This document shows, in pieces, positions 1 through 8,140 of a stretch of DNA of 24,441 bases. Positions within the stretch are counted from its first letter, which is position 1. Each line of letters opens with the position of its first letter. This stretch comes from a virus (taxonomy: Duplodnaviria > Caudoviricetes): positions 1 to 24,441 of the IMG/VR virus record IMGVR_UViG_3300017751_000222; one strand, given 5' to 3'. The notes beneath the pieces were generated by a model. The model made no database searches, had not been told where the DNA came from, and saw only the letters and a program-made list of their open reading frames with translations. The translations under genes were made by a program, and so were the position numbers.

Positions 1-20
1 AGAATTAAAAATCAATAAAC

Positions 21-275
21 ATGAGTGAAAAAAAAGTTTTATCCCAAGAAGAAATTACTGAATTAAAAGAATTACAAGCAACATTTAAAAATCTAACAGA
101 AGTTTCTGGCGTTATAGAAATGCAAAATTATAACATACAATTAAAAAAAGAACAATTAAAGTTAAATTTACAAAAACTACAAGAAAAAGAAGGAGATCTT
201 GCTAAGAAATTAGAAGAAAAATATGGTCAAGGAAGTATCTCTTTAGAAACAGGTGAGTTTTTACCAAGTAAATAA
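21..275 (+). CDS. Small coiled-coil hypothetical protein (84 aa)
   Basis: ORF with A-rich leader. Heptad-like E/K/L/Q-rich helix ending in KYGQGSISLETGEF. Lies directly upstream of the sheath gene. Confidence 0.75.
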   Translation: MSEKKVLSQEEITELKELQATFKNLTEVSGVIEMQNYNIQLKKEQLKLNLQKLQEKEGDLAKKLEEKYGQGSISLETGEFLPSK

Positions 276-294
276 ACTTTTGAAAAAATTTAGT

Positions 295-304
295 ATATTT
301 ATCA
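295..304 (+). promoter_or_regulatory. Putative phage late promoter (class I motif, ATATTTATCA)
   Basis: One-mismatch variant of ATATTTATAA, which recurs in intergenic gaps before structural genes. Ends 15 nt before the sheath ATG. Confidence 0.55.
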
Positions 305-319
305 TAAAAATAACATAAA

Positions 320-2917
320 ATGGCAGAAACATTAATTTCCCCAGGAGTATTAGCAAGAGAAAACGATCAATCTCAAATTACTTCACAACCCATACAAGCC
401 GGAGCGGCTATTGTTGGTCCTACTGTGTTAGGTAGAAAAGGAATTCCAAAATTAGTAACTAGTTACTCTGAGTACTTAGCCAATTTTGGCAGTACCTTTA
501 CTAGTGGATCGGATACTTACACTTACTTTACTTCTGTATCAGCATACAATTATTTTAATAATGGAGGAACTTCATTATTAGTAGATAGAGTAAATTCAGG
601 ATCATTCAGTTCTGCTACTTCATCTTTAATTCCAGCTATAGAAGCTGAAAGTGGTGCTTTAGTAGTAGGTAGAAATATATCAGGATCATTTACATCAGGT
701 GGTGTAGGTGGTACAGCTGGTACTTACAATGGAGTAGCTACTACAAATAATGGAGCTGGAGATAATGCTTTAACATTAAACGTAACAACAGGAGTTGCTG
801 CTGGAAAAATATTAACAACTACAGTATTAGCTAACTCAGCAGGTGGTATAAATGCAGCTACTTCAGTAGGTACATTTAGTGATGTTTCTCAAACATCTTC
901 TTCAGGTGGAGGAACAGGATTAAGTGCAGATATTATAACAGCAACAGGAACAACATTTGCTGCTTCTTCAGCATTAACACTTCCAGGTGGTGCCATAACT
1001 GCAGATACAGCAGGAACAACAGGAGCAGTAGCAACTACATCAAGTGGAACAGGAACAGGAGCAACTGTATTAGTAACATCAGATGGTGTTAATATTACAG
1101 GAGTTGTAATTTCTGGAGTTGGATCAGGTGGTGCTTATGTAGCTGCAGAAACTTTAACAGTTTCAAAAGTAGATATGGATGCTGATGGTAGTATTGGTAC
1201 TACAGGTGGTAACTTAGTTATTACAATTGCACAATCAAATTTAACTTCAACATTAACATCAATTACAGTTAATGATGCAGGAGTAGGATATGCAAATTTA
1301 GATACTATTACATTTGCAGCCGCAAATATCGGTTCACCATCTAGTGACTTGGTAGTAACAGTTGCAACAGCTGATTTATCAGTAGAATTAGAAAATGCAA
1401 TTGTAGCAGCAGCAGGAACAGGATATGTAATTGGAAATGAAGTAACAGTAGCATTAGGGTTAATAGGTAACCCATCAGCTAATTTAGTATTTACATTAGT
1501 AGCAGATGATATAGTTAATACAAATGCATTTACATTAGAAACTATTTCACAAGGTACTATTATGAATAGTGATGGAGTTCAAAACGCTAATGGTGCTTTA
1601 ACAAATGGAAATAGAAATAATGTTAGATGGGAAATACAAGCTCCAAATACTGGATCAGGTACATTTAGTCTAATTATTAGACAAGGTAATGATAACTCAA
1701 AATCCAAATCAATATTAGAAATATTCCCTAATGTTTCATTAGATCCAAAACAATCTAACTATGTAGCTAGAATTGTGGGTGATATGACAGAAAATTTATT
1801 AGGAGCTGGAACATCAGATCCTTATATTCAAACAACAGGATCTTTTAGAAATGGATCACGATTTGTAAGAGTATCATCAGTTAACCTAAAAACACCAGAT
1901 TATTTTGATAATGATGGTATAGCAAAATCTGAATTTACAGGATCTATTCCAATGGCTTCAAGTGGGGCATTTGGAACAGCAGATGGAGATATTGTTGCAG
2001 CAAATCAAAATTACTATCAAGATATTAATAACTCAGATTCTCAAGGTGTTGACGCATCGTCAATCCCAGATTATACAGATGCCTTTAATTTATTAGCAAA
2101 TAAAGATGATTATAGATATAACATTTTATCTGCCCCAGGATTAGTTTATGCTAATGCTGCTCAAAAAACAGTACTAAATGTAGGTATTCAAAATGTACAA
2201 GGTAGAGGAGATGCAATATTTATTTTAGATCTAGAAAATTATGGATCAACAGTATCAGCAGCTACTGGAACAGCAGCAAGTGTAGATAATTCTTATGCAG
2301 CATCATATTGGCCTTGGTTACAATTAAGTGACCCAGATTCAGCACAATTAGTGTGGGTGCCAGCATCAACGTTAATGCCCGGAGTATATGCGTATAATGA
2401 CAAATCAGCTGAAGCGTGGTTCGCTCCGGCGGGTATCAATAGAGGTGGTTTAAGTACAGTTGTTCAAGCAGAAAGAAAATTAACTCAAACTAATAGAGAT
2501 GATCTTTATACAGGAAAAGTTAATCCAATAGCTACATTCCCAGGAAGAGGAGTTGTAGTATTTGGTCAGAAAACATTACAATCTCAAGCATCAGCTTTAG
2601 ATAGAGTAAATGTTAGAAGATTATTAATTGAGCTTAAATCTTACATTTCACAAATTGCTGATAATTTAGTATTTGAACAAAATACAGCGGCAACAAGAAA
2701 CGGATTTTTAGCTCAAGTAAATCCATATTTAGAATCAGTACAACAAAGACAAGGTTTATACGCGTTTAAAGTTGTAATGGATGCTTCAAATAATGGACCA
2801 GACGTAGTGGATAGAAACCAAATGGTAGGTGCAATATATTTACAGCCAACGAAAACAGCTGAATTTATTTACTTAGATTTCAACATTTTACCAACTGGAG
2901 CTCAATTCCCGTCATAA
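320..2917 (+). CDS. Contractile tail sheath protein (T4 gp18-like) with a ~290-aa Gly/Thr/Ala-rich insertion
   Basis: N-terminal SPGV..RE.D and YFNNGG..L.V.RV motifs. C-terminal sheath motifs YAASYWPW, WFAPAGINRG, KVNPIATFPGRG.VVFGQKT, RVNVRRLL, FEQN, IYLQPTKTAEFI. Followed by the tube gene. Confidence 0.96.
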   Translation: MAETLISPGVLARENDQSQITSQPIQAGAAIVGPTVLGRKGIPKLVTSYSEYLANFGSTFTSGSDTYTYFTSVSAYNYFNNGGTSLLVDRVNSGSFSSATSSLIPAIEAESGALVVGRNISGSFTSGGVGGTAGTYNGVATTNNGAGDNALTLNVTTGVAAGKILTTTVLANSAGGINAATSVGTFSDVSQTSSSGGGTGLSADIITATGTTFAASSALTLPGGAITADTAGTTGAVATTSSGTGTGATVLVTSDGVNITGVVISGVGSGGAYVAAETLTVSKVDMDADGSIGTTGGNLVITIAQSNLTSTLTSITVNDAGVGYANLDTITFAAANIGSPSSDLVVTVATADLSVELENAIVAAAGTGYVIGNEVTVALGLIGNPSANLVFTLVADDIVNTNAFTLETISQGTIMNSDGVQNANGALTNGNRNNVRWEIQAPNTGSGTFSLIIRQGNDNSKSKSILEIFPNVSLDPKQSNYVARIVGDMTENLLGAGTSDPYIQTTGSFRNGSRFVRVSSVNLKTPDYFDNDGIAKSEFTGSIPMASSGAFGTADGDIVAANQNYYQDINNSDSQGVDASSIPDYTDAFNLLANKDDYRYNILSAPGLVYANAAQKTVLNVGIQNVQGRGDAIFILDLENYGSTVSAATGTAASVDNSYAASYWPWLQLSDPDSAQLVWVPASTLMPGVYAYNDKSAEAWFAPAGINRGGLSTVVQAERKLTQTNRDDLYTGKVNPIATFPGRGVVVFGQKTLQSQASALDRVNVRRLLIELKSYISQIADNLVFEQNTAATRNGFLAQVNPYLESVQQRQGLYAFKVVMDASNNGPDVVDRNQMVGAIYLQPTKTAEFIYLDFNILPTGAQFPS
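650..1513 (+). repeat. Nested protein-level repeats within the sheath insertion (3 A half-repeats then 3 B half-repeats)
   Basis: A units: GTYNGVATTNNGAGDNALTLNVT, GTFSDVSQTSSSGGGTGLSADII, GTTGAVATTSSGTGTGATVLVT (aa 134, 184, 232). B units: G.(G)Y....T.TV/F...IG....LV.T (Tyr at aa 273, 324, 369; LV at aa 299, 344, 389). Confidence 0.7.
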
Positions 2918-2932
2918 AAACTAAAAATTTAG

Positions 2933-2942
2933 ATATTTATAA
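2933..2942 (+). promoter_or_regulatory. Putative late promoter (class I motif ATATTTATAA)
   Basis: Exact motif in the sheath-tube gap, 21 nt before the tube ATG. Confidence 0.6.
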
Positions 2943-2963
2943 TAAAAATAAAAAGAAAATAAA

Positions 2964-3452
2964 ATGGCAGTATTAAACCCAAACGAAATATTTTTCACAG
3001 CTTTTGAACCAAAAGTAGCTAATAGATTTATAATGTATGTAGATGGAATTCCTTCTTATATCATTAAGGGTATTAGTGGAATGGGTTTTGCACAAGATGA
3101 AATTGTACTTAACCACATCAATACTTATAGAAAAGTAAAAGGTAAATTAAGATGGAATGACATCACAATGCAATTATTTGACCCAATCACTCCATCAGGT
3201 GCACAAGCAGTAATGGAATGGACAAGATTACATCATGAATCAGTAACTGGTAGAGATGGTTACTCTGATTTTTACAAAAAAGATCTTACAATTGATGTAT
3301 TAGGTCCTGTAGGTGATGTAGTTTCTGAATGGATTATTAAAGGAGCATTTATTAAAGATGCATCATTTGGTGATTTTAATTGGGACACAGATGGTGAAGC
3401 ACAAAACATTGATTTAACAATCGGAATGGATTATTGTGTATTAAATTTCTAA
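2964..3452 (+). CDS. Tail tube protein (T4 gp19-like)
   Basis: 162 aa directly after the sheath. FEPK..NRF, KGKLRWNDIT, V.EW, YKKDLTI..LGP.G.VV.EW.IKGAF, GDFNW pattern typical of gp19-like tubes. Confidence 0.93.
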   Translation: MAVLNPNEIFFTAFEPKVANRFIMYVDGIPSYIIKGISGMGFAQDEIVLNHINTYRKVKGKLRWNDITMQLFDPITPSGAQAVMEWTRLHHESVTGRDGYSDFYKKDLTIDVLGPVGDVVSEWIIKGAFIKDASFGDFNWDTDGEAQNIDLTIGMDYCVLNF

Positions 3453-3478
3453 AATTTCTTTTAAATATTTTTAAAAAT

Positions 3479-3505
3479 AGCTTGGCTTCGGTCAAGCTTT
3501 TTTTT
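3479..3505 (+). terminator. Intrinsic terminator after the tube gene
   Basis: Hairpin AGCTTGGC-TTCG-GTCAAGCT (8 bp with one G-U, cUUCGg tetraloop) followed by a T-run. Confidence 0.9.
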
Positions 3506-3512
3506 ATATTAT

Positions 3513-3526
3513 ATATGTATAATTGA
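3513..3526 (+). promoter_or_regulatory. Putative late promoter (class I variant ATATGTATAATTGA)
   Basis: One-mismatch copy of ATATTTATAATTGA at 24181-24194. Both lie immediately downstream of a terminator. Confidence 0.5.
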
Positions 3527-3554
3527 TAATTAAGTTATAATAAATAAAATTTAT

Positions 3555-4361
3555 ATGAACCAAACAAATAATACTCCGCAACCTTCTACACCTGTAGAAA
3601 AACCTCAAGCGGCAGTTTCTAAACCAAAATTTAAATTTCCAACTGAAATAGTAGATTTACCTTCTAAAGGTTTAATTTACCCTAAAGACAATCCTTTATC
3701 ATCAGGTAAAGTGGAAATGAAGTATATGACAGCTAAAGAAGAGGATATTATAACTAATCAATCTTTCATCCAAAAAGGAACAGTAATAGATAAACTTTTA
3801 GAAGCATTAGTAGTAAGTGAAGGGGTAGATGTTGAAGATCTTATTGTAGGTGATAAAAATGCTTTATTAGTAGCGTCTAGAGTATTAGGATATGGTTCAA
3901 TTTATAAATTTACATATGGTGGTGAAGATTATGAAGTTGATTTAGCTAATTTAGAAAATAAAAAGTTTGATGAATCTTTATTCACCCCAGGTGAAAATAA
4001 ATTTTCATTTCAAACTCCTCATGGAGAAAATTTAATTGAATTTCAATTAATGACTGATAAAATTGAAAAGAAAGTATCAGCAGAATTGAGAGGATTAAAA
4101 AAGATCAGTAAAGGTGTAAGTCCTGAAATGTCAACTAGATTAAAACATATGATATTATCAGTAGACGGAAATCCAGAAAAAAAAGATATTAGAGAATTCG
4201 TAGATAATTTTTTCCTAGCACGAGATGCAAAAGCTCTTAGAGATTATGTTGTCAAAGTCCAACCCGATGTTGATTTCTCATTTGAACGAGAATTATCAAA
4301 TGGTGAATTAGAAGAAATTGACATTCCAATAGGTGCCAACTTTTTTTTCCCTGACGCCTAA
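3555..4361 (+). CDS. Tail/baseplate hub assembly chaperone (T4 gp26-like)
   Basis: Located between tube and tape measure. P.EIVDLPSKG..YP, KYMTAKEEDI, L.VGDKNALL.ASR.LGYG motifs. C-terminus IPIGANFFFPDA. Confidence 0.7.
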   Translation: MNQTNNTPQPSTPVEKPQAAVSKPKFKFPTEIVDLPSKGLIYPKDNPLSSGKVEMKYMTAKEEDIITNQSFIQKGTVIDKLLEALVVSEGVDVEDLIVGDKNALLVASRVLGYGSIYKFTYGGEDYEVDLANLENKKFDESLFTPGENKFSFQTPHGENLIEFQLMTDKIEKKVSAELRGLKKISKGVSPEMSTRLKHMILSVDGNPEKKDIREFVDNFFLARDAKALRDYVVKVQPDVDFSFERELSNGELEEIDIPIGANFFFPDA

Positions 4362-4695
4362 TCAAGCTATAGAATATAGACATAATTTATTTACACAAAT
4401 CCACGAAATAGTATTTCATGGACAAGGAGGATATGATTGGCATACTGTATATGGTATGCCTATGTGGTTAAGAAATTTTACTTATAAAAAAATAGTAGAT
4501 CACTATGAAGAAAAAAATAAACAAAATAGTGGAACTTCTTCAAATGATTTAGAAAAAGGAAGAGATATTCTTAAACAAGCTCAAAGAAATGATCCTTCTA
4601 ATGCAAATCAAAATAAATACACTGATAAATTTAAAAAAGCATCCCCAAAAATAAACGTCCCAGACTTCGTTACATCAAAAGCTAAAAAAGTTTAA
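4333..4695 (+). CDS. Second tail assembly chaperone (gp51-like / GT-type extension), probably expressed by frameshift from the upstream gene
   Basis: QIHEIVFHGQGGYDW..VY.MP.WLR.F motif resembles chaperone C-terminal extensions. The only upstream start is a weak GTG inside the previous gene. The overlap contains a T8 run. Confidence 0.65.
   Translation: MPTFFSLTPNQAIEYRHNLFTQIHEIVFHGQGGYDWHTVYGMPMWLRNFTYKKIVDHYEEKNKQNSGTSSNDLEKGRDILKQAQRNDPSNANQNKYTDKFKKASPKINVPDFVTSKAKKV
4341..4349 (+). other. Putative programmed frameshift/slippage site (TTT TTT TTC)
   Basis: T8 run in the 29-nt overlap. The downstream ORF is in the +1 (equivalent to -2) frame. Same genomic position as lambda G/GT and P2 E/E' slippery sites. 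Confidence 0.55.
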
Positions 4696-4702
4696 ATTAC
4701 TA

Positions 4703-4712
4703 ATATTTATAA
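4703..4712 (+). promoter_or_regulatory. Putative late promoter (class I motif ATATTTATAA)
   Basis: Within TAATATTTATAACAAAA (4701-4717), which is identical to 7798-7814. Ends 13 nt before the tape measure ATG. Confidence 0.62.
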
Positions 4713-4725
4713 CAAAATAGCTTAA

Positions 4726-7700
4726 ATGGCATTGGATCCTAAAATAATAGCAAAACTTAAAAAAGATTTAGCTGAGATAAATAAACTCTATAAACAGTTA
4801 AATATGGAGCCGTTATCTATAGAGATTGAAACGGCCGGTGTAGATGATATACTACTTGTTAAGCAATATTTACGAGAAGCAAAAGAACTTACAGAGGATT
4901 TAAATGAAGGATTTGGGGGAATGGCCGAATCTATAAAGAATATTGTTCGAGAATGGAAATCAGGTTTTGCAGATCCTACAAAAGAAGCAACCAAATCATT
5001 TACTAAATTAAAGGGATTAGCTGAAAAATTTTCGGATGACGCTACAGGTTTAGCTGAAATGAAAGGTAAAGAAGTTGCAGCTAATAAAAAATTAATTGCA
5101 CTTGAAGTTAAAAGATTAACTCTTTTAAAGGATGAATTAAGTAAAAAAGAAGTCCTTTCAACTGCTGAAGAAACAATATTAGCAAATTTAAATTCTGAAT
5201 ATGAAGTCCAAAAAGAACTTCTTAGTCTAGCAGAAGAAAGAGTAAAAAAAGAAAAAAAGATTCAAAAATCAATGGGTTTAACTGGTGCAGCAGTTAAATC
5301 AATATCTGGTGCTTTAGGTAAAATTGGAATGTCAAGTAGTTTTTTTGAGGGCATTGAAGGTAATATGAGAGAAACAGCAAAATCAGGAGGAAAATTTGCT
5401 GTAGCCATGACAGGATTAAAAGGAATTGTAAGTGGTATAGGTGAAGCTATAACAGATCCACTTGTTGTTTTTACAATGATTGTAAAATCTGTTAAATTTT
5501 TAGTAGGAATATTTGATCATGTTTTAAAATTAACAAACAAAATAGGTCAATCTGTTGGAGTAGCAGGATATGAAGCTAAAAATCTAAAAGCACAAATGCA
5601 TGCAGCTGGTGACTTATCAGGTGATATGTTTTATAATACTGAAGAAATGGCTGGGGCTTATGATAAGCTTAATAAAGCCGCTGGAATGAATTTAAAATTT
5701 AATGCTGAAAATGCTCAAACTTTTCAAGATTTAACTCTTTATATGGGGGTAAGTGAAGAAGCAGCAGCACAATTATTTAAAATATCAGCTCAAACTGGAA
5801 AATCATTTAATGAAATGTATGACCAAGTTAGAGATATTACTCAATCTTTAAATGAAAGTTCTGGTTATTCTATTTCAACACAAGATGCTATTGAAGCTAT
5901 AGGACAATCTAGTGGAACAGTTAGATTTAATATAAAAGGAGGAACAGAAGGTTTAGTTAAAGCTGCCCACACAGCTAATAGATTAGGTTTAAGTATGAAT
6001 GAAATAGCAGCAGCAGCCGCTACCCATTTAGATTTTGAAAGTTCAATTGCAAAAGAAATAGAAGCAGAAATGTTTTTACAAAAAGATCTAAACCTAGACA
6101 AATTAAGATACGCAGCTTTAACTGGAAATACAGCTATGGCCGCCGAAGAAGAAGCAAGATTAATTAAAGAAAATTATAAATCTTTAAAAGGTAATGTATT
6201 AGCCCAACAAGCATTTGCAGATGCAACTGGAATATCAATGGATAGTCTTGGAACTGCTTTAAGTAAACAAGAAGAATTAGAGGGTTTAAGTGGAAAAGCT
6301 TTAAAAGCTAAATTAGCAGAACAAAAGGCACAAAAAGAAATGGGACAGGATGCTCAAGCTTTTGACAGAACTATGGCTAACACATTGTTACAAATAAAAG
6401 CAATGTTAGAACCTTTAGCTAAAGTTGTTGGTCCTATGATTTTAGGTATGGCAAAAGCAATAGGTCCTATATTAAAGAAAATAGGTGATTTTGCAAAATC
6501 GGATATTGGTAAAGGATTTTTAAAAATAGCAGGGGTTGGTTTAGGGACAGCTTTAGCAGTTAAAGGATTTAACAAGTTAAAAGCTAGACTAACAGGTGTA
6601 AAAACTGGTGACAGTAATAATACTTACACTATGGATGGTAGACTAAGAGTATCAGGAGATGGTGGTAGTGGTAGTGGTATGGATATGTTAAAAGGAGGAA
6701 TGAAAGGTAATATCTTTAAATATTTAGGTAAAAAAGGAGGATTATCAAGAACTCTTAATAGAGGCCTTATTAGAATGTTTGGTAAAACTAAATTTACTAA
6801 ATTATTATCTACTAGAGTTTTGGGCCCAATGAGTACAGCTGCAAAGGGTATTACAAAAGAATCAAGTATAATAGCAAAAGCTATTAATTTTGTTCCATCA
6901 AAAATTAACCAAGGGTTAGGTAAAGTAGTATCATCTTCTGGATCTAATTTAGAAAAGAATTTTGGTACTAACAATATGTCCAAAATAGCAAAACAAGGTT
7001 CATCTGGAAATGTAAAAGCTTCTAAAATGGCTAGCAAATTTTCATCACCAACAACAACAAAAGCAACAACAAAAGCAGCAGCTAAAGGAGGTAATATTTT
7101 TAGTAGAGGATTTTCTGCACTTAAAGGGGTAGCTAGTAAGGGAATGGGCATGGTAAAAAGTGCAGGTTCTGCTATAAGTAAACAAGCCAGTAAATTAAGT
7201 CCAATGAAAGCTCTTAAAAAAGCTTTTAAATCTCCTTTAGCAAAAGGATTTGGAAAAGTATTTGGACCTATTATGGCTGCTGTAGAAGGAATAGGAAATG
7301 TTAGTTCATCTATATCAAATGCTAAAGCAGCAAAAATGGCTGGAGAAAATATTGATTTAGGGGCATTAGGTAAAGAAATAGTACAAGGAGCAGCATATCC
7401 AATAGCTAACTTAGCAACAAACTTAATACCAGGAGTTGGTACTGCAATTTCACTTACTGATGGTATTTTAAGTGCTTTTAATTTATCTCCAATAAAATGG
7501 TTAACTGATAATTTAATAGATTTAATACCAAATGATGCTTTTACAGGATTAGGTAAATTTGCTGTAGGAGATGATAAACCAGAATCAGGAGAAGTAACAA
7601 AATTAGCAACTGGAGGTATTGTAACTGGAGCTACAAATGCTATAGTTGGAGAAGCAGGACCAGAGGCAGTTATTCCATTAAGAGAATTTTATGCTAAATT

Positions 7701-7797
7701 TGATGAGCTAATAAGTGCTGTAAATAAGGGTGGAAGTGTCTACTTGGATGGAAATAAAGTAGGATATTCACTAGCATTGCAATCTTCCAAAATGTAG
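4726..7797 (+). CDS. Tail tape measure protein
   Basis: 1023 aa, helical and rich in A/K/G/L/M, with hydrophobic segments. Follows the chaperone pair. C-terminal LATGGIVTGAT.AIVGEAGPEAVIPL and VYLDG.KVG motifs typical of tape measure proteins. Confidence 0.9.
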   Translation: MALDPKIIAKLKKDLAEINKLYKQLNMEPLSIEIETAGVDDILLVKQYLREAKELTEDLNEGFGGMAESIKNIVREWKSGFADPTKEATKSFTKLKGLAEKFSDDATGLAEMKGKEVAANKKLIALEVKRLTLLKDELSKKEVLSTAEETILANLNSEYEVQKELLSLAEERVKKEKKIQKSMGLTGAAVKSISGALGKIGMSSSFFEGIEGNMRETAKSGGKFAVAMTGLKGIVSGIGEAITDPLVVFTMIVKSVKFLVGIFDHVLKLTNKIGQSVGVAGYEAKNLKAQMHAAGDLSGDMFYNTEEMAGAYDKLNKAAGMNLKFNAENAQTFQDLTLYMGVSEEAAAQLFKISAQTGKSFNEMYDQVRDITQSLNESSGYSISTQDAIEAIGQSSGTVRFNIKGGTEGLVKAAHTANRLGLSMNEIAAAAATHLDFESSIAKEIEAEMFLQKDLNLDKLRYAALTGNTAMAAEEEARLIKENYKSLKGNVLAQQAFADATGISMDSLGTALSKQEELEGLSGKALKAKLAEQKAQKEMGQDAQAFDRTMANTLLQIKAMLEPLAKVVGPMILGMAKAIGPILKKIGDFAKSDIGKGFLKIAGVGLGTALAVKGFNKLKARLTGVKTGDSNNTYTMDGRLRVSGDGGSGSGMDMLKGGMKGNIFKYLGKKGGLSRTLNRGLIRMFGKTKFTKLLSTRVLGPMSTAAKGITKESSIIAKAINFVPSKINQGLGKVVSSSGSNLEKNFGTNNMSKIAKQGSSGNVKASKMASKFSSPTTTKATTKAAAKGGNIFSRGFSALKGVASKGMGMVKSAGSAISKQASKLSPMKALKKAFKSPLAKGFGKVFGPIMAAVEGIGNVSSSISNAKAAKMAGENIDLGALGKEIVQGAAYPIANLATNLIPGVGTAISLTDGILSAFNLSPIKWLTDNLIDLIPNDAFTGLGKFAVGDDKPESGEVTKLATGGIVTGATNAIVGEAGPEAVIPLREFYAKFDELISAVNKGGSVYLDGNKVGYSLALQSSKM

Positions 7798-7799
7798 TA

Positions 7800-7809
7800 A
7801 TATTTATAA
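7800..7809 (+). promoter_or_regulatory. Putative late promoter (class I motif ATATTTATAA)
   Basis: 17-nt identity with 4701-4717. Ends 24 nt before the ATG at 7834. Confidence 0.62.
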
Positions 7810-7833
7810 CAAAACCAATTAAAACAAATAATT

Positions 7834-8130
7834 ATGGCAGAATCAATTTTAAAAATGTTTGATGCAGACGGTTCACGTTTAGGTGTACCTGTATCACCAG
7901 CTGATGGAACTATTAATGATGATATTAGTGTTCAAGGTATTTCAAAACTACATGACCAATATTCAAATATTGGAGATCCGAACCTAACATCACCAGCATA
8001 CAATAATATGGGTGCAGCAGCTATGGGGTATACGAATCCTAGCCCATCAGCATTAGGTCAAAGAACACAACTTTACCAAGAACCATCATCAAGATATAAA
8101 AATAACGCACCTGAAGGAAGGTCATTCTAA
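7834..8130 (+). CDS. Hypothetical protein, probably a virion component (98 aa)
   Basis: ORF in the tail cluster with its own class I motif and an A-rich leader. No recognisable domain. Confidence 0.7.
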   Translation: MAESILKMFDADGSRLGVPVSPADGTINDDISVQGISKLHDQYSNIGDPNLTSPAYNNMGAAAMGYTNPSPSALGQRTQLYQEPSSRYKNNAPEGRSF

Positions 8131-8140
8131 ATATTAGTAA

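Noticed and set aside
7054-7077. Tandem 12-nt repeat ACAACAAAAGCA x2 in the tape measure
   Set aside because: A simple in-frame duplication (TTKA-TTKA) in a low-complexity region. Not a CRISPR or regulatory repeat.
4788-7151. Minus-strand ORFs (4788-4994, 5865-6101, 6354-6575, 6624-7151)
   Set aside because: Antisense shadows of the tape measure gene. No motifs or expression signals.
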